IMG/VR virus record: IMGVR_UViG_3300028840_005764
Span: 78,862-142,861 of that record
Length of the DNA: 64,000 bases
Direction: 5' to 3' (one strand)
Source of the DNA: a virus
Shown one piece after another: positions 17,665 through 29,100 of this stretch. How positions within the stretch are numbered: the stretch's first letter is position 1; every line of letters starts with the position of its first letter. Under the pieces are notes generated by a model, which was not told the DNA's origin, ran no database searches, and saw nothing but the letters and a program-made list of their open reading frames with translations. The position numbers and the translations under genes were made by a program.

Positions 17665-18627
17665 TCAGGCAGCTTTGAGGAGGGTGTCGATCCGGTTCAT
17701 GGCCTCGGTCTTCATCTGCGCGGCGCCGCCCCACCACACGCTATTCAGGCGCGCTTCGTCACCACGGGACTGGCGGTGGTGGTCCGTGTACTCGGCCACG
17801 GCGTTGATCGCTGCCCACGCAGTACCGCGGAAGTCGGCGAGGCCGATGCCCTGGTCAAAGAGACGCACGACCTTGTTCCTGTTGTTCTGTGTGCGCGTCG
17901 GCACCTCGTTCTCGTCCTTTGCCGGGAACAAGCCCTGCGCCAGCATCTGCATCTGGATGTCGGTGAACTTCTGCCGCGCCATCCAGTCCGCGCGCTCCTG
18001 GAACCTGTTGAAGTACAGGTGTGCGAGCCCCAGCGCTTCTCTCGCCTGCTCCATCTTGTCCTTGTACTTGGTTGTGTGGCGGATCCTGAAGGTGTTGGTG
18101 GCACGGCCCATGGCGATGTTCAGCGTGTTTTGGCAGACCACTCTTTCCGGTGTGAACATGCCGCTGCAAGCGCCGCTACCGTCGTGCGACGTGCTCAGTA
18201 GCAGGTACTGCTCGAGGATGTCGTTTCCGGCCACACGCATGACCTCGGGCAGCTTCGCCTGCATCCACACCTTGCGACCGTTCCACAGGCTGCCAGCCGT
18301 GTGGTACATGGCGAGCTTCTCGCCCACGATCCCGTCCAGGAGCTCGAAGGCATCTCGATTCTGGATGCAGTGGTAGCGGCTGCCGCACACGCCCAGCGCC
18401 TCTTCCGTGTCCTTGCGCACGATGGCGTAGTTGCCCACCATCACGTTCATGCGCTCCTCACCGTAGTGCTCGGTGAACAGCTCGCGGGTCTCAACTTCCC
18501 AGTCCAAGCCCGCGGCCACGAGAGCCTCGTCACTGGTCGCGGCGTCTGGGACCTCCACACCCATACCGTGCCACGGGCGCTGTCCGTAGTAGAACATGTT
18601 GTCGTGTTCCTGGATACCTGCGGTCAT
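17665..18627 (-). CDS. DUF932-family phage/plasmid protein
   Basis: PWHG.G, YLLLSTSHDGS, TP.RVVCQNTL, RHT, GTAW. Confidence 0.88.
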   Translation of the reverse strand: MTAGIQEHDNMFYYGQRPWHGMGVEVPDAATSDEALVAAGLDWEVETRELFTEHYGEERMNVMVGNYAIVRKDTEEALGVCGSRYHCIQNRDAFELLDGIVGEKLAMYHTAGSLWNGRKVWMQAKLPEVMRVAGNDILEQYLLLSTSHDGSGACSGMFTPERVVCQNTLNIAMGRATNTFRIRHTTKYKDKMEQAREALGLAHLYFNRFQERADWMARQKFTDIQMQMLAQGLFPAKDENEVPTRTQNNRNKVVRLFDQGIGLADFRGTAWAAINAVAEYTDHHRQSRGDEARLNSVWWGGAAQMKTEAMNRIDTLLKAA

Positions 18628-18705
18628 AGTGAGATCCTTTCTGTTTGCTGTATCGATGATTCAATACTAGCATACAGTTTTTTCTATTTTTCTATAAAGG
18701 AAAGT

Positions 18706-19128
18706 TTAGGAAGCGACAGGTGAGATTTCGATCTTGACCACTTCTTTGTCTTCGCCGATGGTCGTGTGCTCTTCCAACCCCTTGTTGTAGCTCGACTGCA
18801 TCTTGCGCGCGAAGTCCATGATCGGGCGTGGCTGGTCCGGATACTTTGCCAGCAGCTTCTCTTTGGCCAGCATCACGTCGTTGACCATCTTGTCCACGAT
18901 CAGCTTGTACTTTGGTGTACGTGCGCCTTTGCGTGGTGTGATGGTGATGGCGCAAGCCCACTTGCCCAGGACGTGGAGTCCAGCACCGAGCAGGCCAAGC
19001 ACCTTCTCTTCCTGCTTGACGATCTTTTCGTCCACAGACTTCAACCGTTCTTTGAGCTCATCTCGCTCTTCTCTCAGTTTGCGCAGCTTTGTGGTGGCTT
19101 TCTTCTCCTTGTCACTGTACTTCGCCAT
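18706..19128 (-). CDS. hypothetical coiled-coil protein
   Basis: start refined to MAKYSD with GAGGGAG RBS. Confidence 0.55.
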   Translation of the reverse strand: MAKYSDKEKKATTKLRKLREERDELKERLKSVDEKIVKQEEKVLGLLGAGLHVLGKWACAITITPRKGARTPKYKLIVDKMVNDVMLAKEKLLAKYPDQPRPIMDFARKMQSSYNKGLEEHTTIGEDKEVVKIEISPVAS

Positions 19129-19437
19129 GTCTCCCTCAGAGGCAGCGCTTCTCGCCGCAGTCTTGGTCCGCACACACCAGCCAGTCACTCAACGGATATG
19201 TTGAGTCGCTGACCCTCATAGTGAATTCGGAACGGTGAAAAAATACCAACATATATGTACCGCATTTGTTGCATTTTTTTGGGAAAAAGTATTCGTACCG
19301 CAACAGACGTAGAATGTACCTCCACGCATCCCATGCCATACAGCAGACAGATTTTAAATGACCCTGTTTCAGGTGAATCCATCCAGCTATTGTGAAGTTC
19401 TTGATGTGTATTAACGTATTATTCTTCATGATCGTAT

Positions 19438-19671
19438 TCACCGTTGGCAGCTTTTGATGCAACGGTTCTTTTCATTGACGCACGCCTTCTTCGTGTTGAT
19501 GTGGCTTCGCGACAGACATGTCTCGTACTGTGCATCGCACTCGGCGATGCACTGGTACACGTTGCTTGTATCTGTGGTGGTCGTGCTTGCGTATGGTGAG
19601 GTATATCCACCAGGTGGCACAGATATACATCCTATACAAAAAAACATTGTCACGATGATGATTTTCAACAT
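19438..19671 (-). CDS. small Cys-rich lipoprotein-like protein
   Basis: signal peptide + GC; CX3CX6C...CX6CX3C. Confidence 0.5.
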   Translation of the reverse strand: MLKIIIVTMFFCIGCISVPPGGYTSPYASTTTTDTSNVYQCIAECDAQYETCLSRSHINTKKACVNEKNRCIKSCQR

Positions 19672-20052
19672 ATTGCCTCCTATAGTTCTACATATGGCAG
19701 CCATTCTGCCGGGACAGAAAAGTCTGTGGCTATGCCCATTACACCAACAGAGAAGTGGTGGTCCATGTCGCTGTCTGCCAACAGCATCCAGAAACCTTGT
19801 TCGTTTTGGACTTCGACACGATCACCAAACAGGCGCCAGGCATGAGCTCGCATACCTTTGTTACCGTTGGTACCGAACACACCAATGGTTGCGCCCTTGC
19901 TGATAGCGGTTCGGATTGTGTCGTATTGTTTTTCTTCTTTGACGCTGAATAGCATTTATTCCTCCACCATCTATAATTACACGATAGCAAAAGATTCGTA
20001 GAATTTTTCTATGAATGTGATGTAGAAAATTGGAGGCAGGATATCTGAGCGC

Positions 20053-20277
20053 TCATTCTCTCTCGTCGTACTCTTCTTTTGGATAGTCGCGCTCTCTCTT
20101 CTCATCAATGATGAGAGTGAGCCCACCATCCCTACGACGTGATGGAAACACAAGGCATTTCATCTCTGATAGATCAATTTCACATCGTGGTGCGCCCCAT
20201 TCACCAATGTAGAACGGAGGCTTCTCGGGATCGTTTTTATCGATTTTCTTCAATGGGATTTCAATACGTCCAGACAT
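20053..20277 (-). CDS. hypothetical protein
   Basis: RBS AAGGA. Confidence 0.5.
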   Translation of the reverse strand: MSGRIEIPLKKIDKNDPEKPPFYIGEWGAPRCEIDLSEMKCLVFPSRRRDGGLTLIIDEKRERDYPKEEYDERE

Positions 20278-20427
20278 TGTGTTTCCTTTTCTCCTTTGAC
20301 GTTGACATATAATATATCTGCTGAACCCTATAAAGGCGCACCTCTATATACCATAATTGGTGAAAGTTTTTGTGAATTTTTCAGGGTTGCCTAAAAGGCT
20401 AGGAATGGCGATACTTTGACGGATTTT

Positions 20428-21756
20428 TTAGGCGCTTAAGGCACAAATGATCTTTGCGAACAGCTCGTCGCATGCATCTCGGTGCTCCACGCTGCCGTCC
20501 TCGAGACCACCGTCATGTGCCAGCTCATGCACGAGGGTGGAGATTAGCTGTTTGCGGTCTGTCAGCGTGCGTCTGGCGAGCTCAATGCGTCCATCACCCT
20601 GCCAGCGGCCGAGGATGGCGTCTGAGTAGAAGTCCACGATGTTGATCTCGTGGCCAGGGCAGTGCTCTTTCACCAGGTTCACAGCCCATTCGAAGCGCAC
20701 CTGCTCCTCGGCCTCCAGCTCCATCAGGCTGTAGATGTGCTTGGCCTGTGTCTCCAGCTGCTGCTGCTTGCTCTCGTATGACCCCGTCTCCTTTTCTATG
20801 ACAGCTTTCAGCGTGCGGCCCACAGCCACACCCTTGATACCATAGTGCTTGGCGTCCATGGTCTCGACACTGCTCGACACAGGAACGGCCTCGTCGCCGT
20901 GCTTCTCGGTGAAGATCTTGGCCATGGCCGTGGAGATGGTGCTGTTCGTGTACAGGTTATCGCGAACTGCACGCCCCTCTTCCCATTCATCATTCTGAAG
21001 CAGCTGCCAGATGTCTTCGGTCTTCACCATCTTGCGGGACAGAGCCTTGTTCAGCACTTTGGTGATCGCGTACTTCAAGGACCAGGGATCGGCCAGTCGA
21101 CGGTCACGATCCAAGTCCACATCGTCCAGGTCGTAGCCGTAGAAGTAGCGACCAGGCAACCGACCAACGTACACACCCTTGACGTACAGCACGCCAACCT
21201 TGTCCTCTGCCGTCAGGATCCTGTCATAGTCCAGGTCGATCATGTCGGCCTTCTTGATCTTCGACAGGAAGAGACAACGTTCCTTGATCTCGTCCCAGTC
21301 CTCTTTGCCCAGCCCAATGACATCGACCTGGATCGCATTGCGGTATTTGACGGGTGAGCACTCCACCTTCAGGACCTCAGCCCCGAACTGGTCGCTGTGC
21401 TCGATGTGCGGGATCCACTGCTCGGCCCCAGACCGGCAACGCACGGTGAAACCCATGCGGCTGAGAACCAACCACGCCAGCTTGAAGCCCTCACCGAACT
21501 TGCCACGCTGCCGGTTGTCTTCGGCCTTGGACGTGGTGCCCATGAGCAGAGTCTCGCGGTCGATGACCACACCTTGGTTCACGATGCGCAGCATCGGCTC
21601 CTTGGTGTTGGTAATGTAGTTGACCTCCATGTCCCGGCCGATGTCGTGAGCGTCCTGGGCGTTCTGCAGGAGCTCCCTGATGGCCTCCCACGCGCCCCAG
21701 TTGCGCACGTAGCCAGGGTTCAAGGTGAGCTCGAGAGTGGTTCTGGTGGCGCGCAT
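20428..21756 (-). CDS. GHKL ATPase with C-terminal HEXXH metallopeptidase-like domain
   Basis: RELLQNAQDA, GTTSK, GKFGEGFK; LVHELAH. Confidence 0.8.
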   Translation of the reverse strand: MRATRTTLELTLNPGYVRNWGAWEAIRELLQNAQDAHDIGRDMEVNYITNTKEPMLRIVNQGVVIDRETLLMGTTSKAEDNRQRGKFGEGFKLAWLVLSRMGFTVRCRSGAEQWIPHIEHSDQFGAEVLKVECSPVKYRNAIQVDVIGLGKEDWDEIKERCLFLSKIKKADMIDLDYDRILTAEDKVGVLYVKGVYVGRLPGRYFYGYDLDDVDLDRDRRLADPWSLKYAITKVLNKALSRKMVKTEDIWQLLQNDEWEEGRAVRDNLYTNSTISTAMAKIFTEKHGDEAVPVSSSVETMDAKHYGIKGVAVGRTLKAVIEKETGSYESKQQQLETQAKHIYSLMELEAEEQVRFEWAVNLVKEHCPGHEINIVDFYSDAILGRWQGDGRIELARRTLTDRKQLISTLVHELAHDGGLEDGSVEHRDACDELFAKIICALSA

Positions 21757-21810
21757 ATCGTCTCCTATTGAGTCACACGTGGTTTGTATTCACACATTGT
21801 TGTTGTGGTT

Positions 21811-22269
21811 CTATTTGTCCTTGGGTCCGGTGATGAAGTACTTCATCGTTCTCTTCTCGCCCTTGCTCTGGACCTGCCCGGCCTTCTTCAACGCGGCAAT
21901 GGCGATGCTGATGTACTTGCTGGCCTCCCCCAAATGTTCGCCGATCTCGCTCACGCTCATCTCAGCACCGCTTTCACGCAGCACCTTGAGGATGTTGCGC
22001 TTGAGGACCTTGGGTTCACTGTGACGCTGCTCGCCGTTGACGCCGAACAGTTCCTTGAGTGTCATCTCCTGGACGTACTCCGTCACGCCTTTGTCGTCGA
22101 GCATGCCCAGGAAGTCGCTGAATGCCATGTCCGGTGTCATGTCGCTGATCTGCTCCTTGATCACGGGCCCGACGCCGTACAGCTCAATGAACTTCTTCAG
22201 CATCCCCTCGTTGGTCAATTGCCCCGTGGCCTTCTCGTTCTTGCTCTTGTTACTGATCTTTTTGCTCAT
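21811..22269 (-). CDS. winged-HTH DNA-binding protein
   Basis: SVSEIGEHLG...LKKAGQVQSKGEKRTMKY. Confidence 0.6.
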   Translation of the reverse strand: MSKKISNKSKNEKATGQLTNEGMLKKFIELYGVGPVIKEQISDMTPDMAFSDFLGMLDDKGVTEYVQEMTLKELFGVNGEQRHSEPKVLKRNILKVLRESGAEMSVSEIGEHLGEASKYISIAIAALKKAGQVQSKGEKRTMKYFITGPKDK

Positions 22270-22410
22270 CTTTTTCTCCTCTTTTATCAGAGCGTTGTTT
22301 GTAATCAGTATATCATCGAACATCAAAGCATTTTGCTATTTTCATTTTATTCAATCGCTATGTCAATTAAAAACAGCATAACTTTGACAGAATTCTATGA
22401 CCTTTTATCT

Positions 22411-22983
22411 TTATATTATTACGTACGATATATGCGAATTGTAGCCAATGTCTTGCGGTCCAAATTCCTTCGCGGTTGTCAGTGTTGAATTGAACAGGTC
22501 GTTGGTGGCCATTTTTTTTCGGAGCTGTTTTTCAACACCGCTCCACCACCTACCACCCTGGGCTCCTGTGGCTATCAACGCCTGGCACAGGGCGATCGAC
22601 TGGCGGTAGGCCGTGGTGAGGTCAGGACATTCTGTGCCTGGTGTCGTGACGCAGGCAATGCCCTTTTGTCCGGGCCTGGAGAACACACGCACGCCGTCGA
22701 CTACCAGGTCTACCTGTTTGGAGTACGGGGTTCTGAGGCAAACCACAGCGCCGTGATGCGAGCCCTCGTGGTGCTTGGTGATCTGAATTGCGCCATGGCA
22801 GCGCTCCCAGCTCGGCACGAGGTTGGCGTTGTGCTTCATGCCCACTACCCGGCATCCGTCCAGCTCGGCAAAGGCCTGGACCAGCGGCAGCACGCCCAGA
22901 GGGTACTCAGCACCTGTGTCACGGTCGCCAAACGTGGCCTCGATTTTGGTGCCCTGCTTGGTTTGTAGCTGGTACCGGTACAT
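22411..22983 (-). CDS. hypothetical protein
   Basis: start refined to MYRYQ with GGAGG RBS. Confidence 0.5.
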   Translation of the reverse strand: MYRYQLQTKQGTKIEATFGDRDTGAEYPLGVLPLVQAFAELDGCRVVGMKHNANLVPSWERCHGAIQITKHHEGSHHGAVVCLRTPYSKQVDLVVDGVRVFSRPGQKGIACVTTPGTECPDLTTAYRQSIALCQALIATGAQGGRWWSGVEKQLRKKMATNDLFNSTLTTAKEFGPQDIGYNSHISYVII

Positions 22984-22993
22984 GACATCCTCC

Positions 22994-23353
22994 CTAGAAC
23001 AGGTCGTAGAGCAGGCCGTGGACGTAACCGTAGGGCTCGCAGTTGTAGCGCTCTGCGATGTACCGCCAGATGATGTCCTGCGACACGCCACGCGGCTCGG
23101 TGTCGCCAGCCCCAAGGTCGCTGTTGCCCGGCTTGCGGCGGGCGGTCTGGATGACGTAGAACGCGGCCTCCACGGCCGTGGTCAGCTCGTTGCCCGCCGC
23201 GAACTCCTCGTCCAGCAGACGCAGCGCCTTGCACGCGGCCTTGCTCAGCCGGTGTGCTGCGAGGCCAGCACCCTTCATGTGGGTGTAGAGCTGCCAGTCA
23301 TCGGCCTTCATCTTCATGATCTTCTCTTCGTGCTGCTGTCGGATCTTGTTCAT
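22994..23353 (-). CDS. hypothetical protein
   Basis: AGGAG RBS. Confidence 0.55.
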   Translation of the reverse strand: MNKIRQQHEEKIMKMKADDWQLYTHMKGAGLAAHRLSKAACKALRLLDEEFAAGNELTTAVEAAFYVIQTARRKPGNSDLGAGDTEPRGVSQDIIWRYIAERYNCEPYGYVHGLLYDLF

Positions 23354-23396
23354 GGTGTTTCTCCTAAAACTTTGGTGGTTTTTTCGTGCCCTTTAA

Positions 23397-23422
23397 GGGG
23401 GCGGCGGTTGTCCACCGCCCCC
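23397..23422. terminator. GC-rich hairpin downstream of helicase
   Basis: GGGGCGGCGG/CCACCGCCCC. Confidence 0.5.
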
Positions 23423-23427
23423 AGGTT

Positions 23428-25857
23428 TTACTTCAACATCTCTCGGATGATGCCCAGCGCCACGTCCGTCTCGTTGACCACGGACACACCGTCCACGACC
23501 TCACCGAACACCGCGCGCTTGGCCTCGATCATGCTGGCCAGGTACGTGTCGATCGAACCCATCATGTCCAGGTACTCGACGAACACCGGCGCGGTCTGGC
23601 CGATCCTGTGCAGCCTGTCCTCGGCCTGCGCCAGGTCAGCGGGGCGCCAGGTGCGCTCGACGAACAGCGCGTTCTGGCAGCGGTCCTGGAGGCCGTCAGT
23701 GCCGGTGCCAGCGGCCATGATGCTGAGCACTGCCACTCGAGCCTGGCCAGTCCTGAAGGTGTCCACGGCAGCCTGGCGCTGGTCGCTGGTGTCGCCACCG
23801 AGGATGCTCACGACCTCGTGCCCGGCCTCGCGCAGTCCCTTGGCCATGGCGGTCAGCACGCTGCGATGGTGGGCGAAGATCACAAGCTGCTCGTCCTCGC
23901 GGCTGGCCAAGAAGTCAGCGGCGTGGGCCACAGCCTGCTCGGTCTTGGCCTCAGCAGCCAGGCGTCGCAGTGTGGTCAGGCGGGCGATGGCCTCGGCACG
24001 CTGGGCTTTGGCCAGCTTGTCACCACCTTGTGCAGCGGCCCAGGACAGGAAGTCGCTGGCAGCCTGGCTGTACTCACGGCGGTCAGCGGCCTTGACCTCG
24101 ATGTTGGTGCAGGTCACGGTCTTGGCCGGCAGGTCCTCGAGCACCTCGGACTTGCGCCTGCGGACCATGTAGTGACCGATCAGCTGGTCGTGGAGGCGAT
24201 CGGCATTGCTCACGCCCGTGAAGTCCCAGCCCCAGCGCCCACGGTGCCCGGCGCAGAACTCGATCCCGAAGTTGAAGAAGGACTTCCACACCACGGGGTC
24301 GCAGATGTTCAGCTGGTGCCAGAGCTCTTTCGGGCGGTTCAACATGGGAGTGCCGGTGAGCAGCATGCGCTTGGTGACGGTCTTGGCGATGGCGTTGCAC
24401 GCCTTGCTCCGTGCGCTCTTGCTGTTCATGACATAGTGGCTCTCGTCGAGCACGAGGGTGGAGAAGCCCGCGGCGCACAACACGTCTTGGTGGCGGCGCA
24501 GCAGGTCGTAGTTGATGACCACGACGTCGGCAGCCTTGCAATTTTCGGTAGTCATACTGTCGCTTTTGTTGGTTTTGCGGCCCTCGACCACCTCGAAGAT
24601 CTTGTTGCCGTCGACAACGGCGATCTTGTGGGTGACGCCGTTGTTGAGCCAGGTGTTGACCTGGCGCGCCCAGTTGAGTTTGACGTTGGCCGGGACCACG
24701 ATGAGCGCCGGGAGGCGGCTTGCGTCGCGGCTGAGGTACGCCAGGGCCTGCACGGTCTTGCCAAGGCCCATGTCGTCGGCCACGATGGCCCCGAACTTCT
24801 CGCCCTGCCGCTCCAGGAACCGGACGCCGGCACTCTGGAAGGGGTAGAGCCGGCCACCGGGCAGCTCGATGGCCTCGTCAGCCTCGACGTTGGTGGCCCG
24901 TGCCAGGCGCTTGGCGTCGGCCTCGCGCTCCTCGCGCCCTTCGAGCTCAGGGGCCCACCGCACGTCCTCGCCGTACATGTCCTTGATGATGGCCACGGCC
25001 TCGTCCCAGCTCGGGCGAGTGACCCACCACGCCTTGGTCTGGGGGTCGAAGCGGCGATGGCCGCGGGGCAGGGCCTTGATGCGGGCCACCAGCGTGGGGT
25101 TGTACGGCGCCTTGATGCCCAGCTCGCTGCCGCGCACCTTGGTCAGACAGGTGGGCTCGTTGTTCTCGGGCTTGGCCTTGGGCGTGGCCTCGGTGGTCGC
25201 AGGCGCCTGCTCGGTCTGCTCGACCAGCTCACGGGCCTCGCGGCTGAAGGTGGCCTTGGGGAAGTTCTCAGCGATCATGGCGAAGACCTGCTTGGCGATG
25301 GCTGGCTTGGTCGCGAACTCGTTGCGCTTCTCGGCCCGGTTGAAGAACCGGGTGGGGATCGCCCGGAACTTGTCGAGCAGCTCGGGGCAGTAGCTGGTCT
25401 TGACGGCGAGGCGCTTGCCGTACTTGCCTGCGTCCACGACGCTGACGGCGGCCTTGCGCGCGCCCTGGTCATGACCCTTGATGCGAAGGTTGGCACCGGC
25501 GATGGCCGCGCTGTTCCGGAGGCCGAGGGCCACAAGGGCGTCGCAAGCGGCTGTGGCCTGCTCAGGGGCGAGACCCTGGCACAGGGCCTGGAGGATGGCG
25601 TTGCCCGCCTTGTTCAGGCCGGCGTCGAGGGAGATGGTGAGACCGGCTCGGGCACAGGCCTCGTCAAAGGCCACGGGGTCAGCCGCGCCGTTGACCTGGT
25701 CGAGGACGTAGCGGTAGGTCTGGGCGCACCACGGCCCCATCCCGCGCTCGGCGCTCTCGGGCACGAAGAGCGGCTCACCACACACGACGCAGTTGCCCAG
25801 CTGGCGGCGCTCCAGCTCCACGTTCACGCTGTTGTTGTCCTTGGTGGTCTTACACAT
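23428..25857 (-). CDS. SNF2-family helicase (SMARCAL1/HARP-like) with N-terminal zinc ribbon
   Basis: ADDMGLGKT, DESH, LTGTP, QAEDRLHRIGQ; CVVCG...GMGPWC. Confidence 0.9.
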   Translation of the reverse strand: MCKTTKDNNSVNVELERRQLGNCVVCGEPLFVPESAERGMGPWCAQTYRYVLDQVNGAADPVAFDEACARAGLTISLDAGLNKAGNAILQALCQGLAPEQATAACDALVALGLRNSAAIAGANLRIKGHDQGARKAAVSVVDAGKYGKRLAVKTSYCPELLDKFRAIPTRFFNRAEKRNEFATKPAIAKQVFAMIAENFPKATFSREARELVEQTEQAPATTEATPKAKPENNEPTCLTKVRGSELGIKAPYNPTLVARIKALPRGHRRFDPQTKAWWVTRPSWDEAVAIIKDMYGEDVRWAPELEGREEREADAKRLARATNVEADEAIELPGGRLYPFQSAGVRFLERQGEKFGAIVADDMGLGKTVQALAYLSRDASRLPALIVVPANVKLNWARQVNTWLNNGVTHKIAVVDGNKIFEVVEGRKTNKSDSMTTENCKAADVVVINYDLLRRHQDVLCAAGFSTLVLDESHYVMNSKSARSKACNAIAKTVTKRMLLTGTPMLNRPKELWHQLNICDPVVWKSFFNFGIEFCAGHRGRWGWDFTGVSNADRLHDQLIGHYMVRRRKSEVLEDLPAKTVTCTNIEVKAADRREYSQAASDFLSWAAAQGGDKLAKAQRAEAIARLTTLRRLAAEAKTEQAVAHAADFLASREDEQLVIFAHHRSVLTAMAKGLREAGHEVVSILGGDTSDQRQAAVDTFRTGQARVAVLSIMAAGTGTDGLQDRCQNALFVERTWRPADLAQAEDRLHRIGQTAPVFVEYLDMMGSIDTYLASMIEAKRAVFGEVVDGVSVVNETDVALGIIREMLK

Positions 25858-26115
25858 GATGTTGCCCTCGTTGGTTTGAGTTCTCGACGTGATGTCATCG
25901 TCTCAAAAAATGCTGATTTAATCAAACTTTATTTTCTTTATTTTACAACAACAAGTTTTTATTGAATTTATTGGAAATCAAGATGAGTACTGCATTGAGA
26001 CGATCTTCATTGGCAGCCACATCTCGAGCTATGCCAGCCATACAGTAGGCTATATTAGCCACGAACCAGGGCTTTGAAATTATTAGTGTTTTTAGCTTTA
26101 TGCTAGGCTAGGAGA

Positions 26116-29100
26116 TCAGGCAGGAACGTGGACCCAGATGAAGCCGTGGCAGTGGCGGCAGCCGTACACGTACATGTCGCCGTCCAGGGCCAGGACCTCG
26201 ACACCGGTGCTCTCTGCGTGGCAGCGGGCGCAGCTCACGTCGCACACGAAGCGGTGCAGCACGCGCACTTTCTCATCGGTGTCCGGGCGCCGCACCCAGT
26301 CCGGGCGCTGCTGGGGGTTGACGAGCAGCACGCCCCGGCCCTCGGGCAGGTCCTCGAGCACCTCGCAGAACGAACCCAGTGCGTCTCCAGGCATCTTGCT
26401 TTTCCAATAGGTATCCATCGTTCTGACCTCCGTTTGCCCAGCACAGGGCAGCCTGCTAAGCCTCAGCTACAGTCTGGGCACAAGTGCCGTTTGACTTCTC
26501 GCACTGCGCCGTCTTGTTGTTGCATCATCAATACTGGTATGCAGTCTGTTCTCCATTTCCCGCAGTTCCAGCAGCACTTGAGCCCGTGGTATCGGATGAT
26601 CGACAGATAAAGAATGCCCGCAGCTCGCCACGGGTCATTGCCCAGCGGGTGTTGTTGTAGATCGGGGTCTGCTGCTTCGATCTCCACTTGCTCTTGAGCC
26701 ACTACCCATCCAGCGCCAAGTGCCACGGGCAGCCCTTTGTAGTCGCCGGCCACCTGCTTGCACACTTCCCAGCACCTGTTGAGTGTGGGCAGCCGCTCGT
26801 ACCACACCGGGTGCTTGTCTTCGAGCTCTTGAGCGGTGAGGAGGGCACACTCGGCACAGCACGCACGCGCACTTGTCAGCCCGTCATAGTCGTGTTGCTC
26901 TATTTCGTTGCCACAGATTGGACAGCGCTTCATGGTTGATCCTCCTCGGTCAGGGGTGGGTGCAGGTGACAGTCCTCACCATGCACCGGGCACGTGGTGT
27001 GGAACCTGGCCTGCTCGGCGCCGCACACCTGGCACACCCAGCGCCCCACGTCATCGAGGCGCATCCCGCGCAGGCCTCGGGGATCGTCGCACGTGCAGTT
27101 CCAGCAGTAGCCATTGGCAGTCATCGGTTCTGCCCCCAGACCTCGGGCAGGAACCCGCCCTTGCACAGCCAGCCGTGCAGCGCGTCGAGGTGGTTGACCA
27201 GTTCGATCACCTCGTAGTCGTAGCACCCGCCCTTCGAGTCGCAGCCGTCACGCTCGGCGATGTCCACACAGATCTGCAGGATCTCTTTGAGACAGGCGTT
27301 GGGGTCCATCACTTGTCCTTTCTTGTTGTCATGACGCCACCACTCTTTGCACCGACCGGACACCAGCGTAGAAAAACGTGGTGCCGCTTGGTCTGCGCAC
27401 GTGGACCTTCACAGTGTTCTCACCGTAGTCCTCGACGCGCAGCACATAGTCGATGTTCTCAGGCTTGCTGCCATCGCCCCACACCACACGGTCACCGGGC
27501 ACGAGGTCAACGGTCTTTTTCTCGATGGTCTCCATGTTCTCTCCCTAGCCCAGCGATGGGCTAGTACAGTATCACTCCCATGCTCAGCTCTTCGCAGTGC
27601 CGGGGCGCGTCCTCCAGCTCCAGGCCCAGGCGACCAGCGGCCCAGCCCACCTCGACCATGACATCCTCGCCGCAGGCCAATGCCGGGCAGGGCTCAGCCA
27701 TCCCCCGTCTGCTGTACTCTGGCAGGACCTCCACCTTGATGTTGAGCTTGTGGAGCTCGGTGGCGATCTTCATTGCCTGGTACAGGGTCATGCTGAGTCT
27801 CCCTCGTTGTAGCCCATCACTGGGCTAGTAGTAGTCGTCGGGATCGGGCGCCTGGTCCCAGGCGCACTCCATCAGCTCATCCAGCTCCACGGCACAGACC
27901 TCGCCGTCGGCCCACTTCACCACCACGATGTCGACGTGCAGCGCGCGGTACTCGCCGGGCTTGCCGTAGACGGACGAGAGCTTGATCATGGTGTCCTGGT
28001 CCATGTCCAGGATCTCGTGGGTTTCGCACTCGACGTCGTACACCTCGAAGTCTCCACCCTCTTCGGGGTGGCAGTCCTCGGGTGGCCCCCAGATCTTGGC
28101 GGGGATCACGGGTGTGGCGTAGGCCTCGAAGCGCAGGGTGCGCTCACCATGCCGGGGGCCAGTGACGATCTCGTGGTGGTACTCGAAAAAGATGGTGCTC
28201 ATGTCAGCTCTCCTCTCGCTGGATCCCGGTCAGGTTGCGCAGACGACGGACCTGTGCGACAGACACCAGGCCCAGCTGCTCGGCGACCTCTACCTCGCTC
28301 AGACTACAGTCGGACAGCAGCGCGTTGCGCAGGCGCTGGCGCTCGCGCTCCGCCAGGTACTGATCGGCGGCGCTGATCGCCTCGCGTGCTTTCTGCTGCC
28401 ATCTTTCGTAGTCTGTCATTGATCGTCCTCCAGCTTTCCATTATGCACGAAACGCTTATTTCATCAACATTTCTTTTCTTTATTTCATAACGTGTTGATA
28501 TCTAGCCTATTCCTCGGCTAATGCGTACAGTGCCCAACTGCCCCCGGGCGCCGTTACCAGACCGGTGCCAGCGCATCGATCACAGCCTGGACACGGATCG
28601 TCGCTCACGTCGCCAAACTCCCAGCGCACCACTCGTTTGCCGCGCACGATCTCGGCCACCTCGCGCCCATGGCAGTTGCACTCGCGCTGGGACTCCGGGA
28701 GCACAGCACAGCTCGCCACGAGTCGGTACCGATACTCGCCCTCGCGGTACGCTGCTGGCCATTCGCAGCTGTAGTTGCCGTGTGCATACACCGTGCACGA
28801 CAGGCCCCAGTAGTCGTTGCCAGTGAAATAGTCCAACACCCACGGCACGTAGTCCGGATCCACGTTGTCCCACACGCCCCAGGCGCAGGCCTCGAGGGCC
28901 TTGGGCGGGGCCTCGAATTCATAGCCCCCGGTGTCGATGCCGTAGCCTATCGTGAGGCTAAGCCGCTGTTCCTCGGTCATTGTCGCATCTCCTTTCGCAC
29001 GGGCAGGCTGAGTAGTTCCACCACCGTCAGGGCCACGGAGTGCTCGAGTTCTGCCCACGGCAAGCCCTCTGACACGTTGTCTGGCCACATGGCAGCGATC

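Noticed and set aside
10685-22488. Long + strand ORFs such as 10685, 15000, 17486, 20845 and 21784
   Set aside because: Antisense to well-supported GC-rich - strand genes.
23386-25965. 859 aa + strand ORF (and 22823-24172)
   Set aside because: Antisense shadow of the GC-rich SNF2 helicase; no motifs or RBS.
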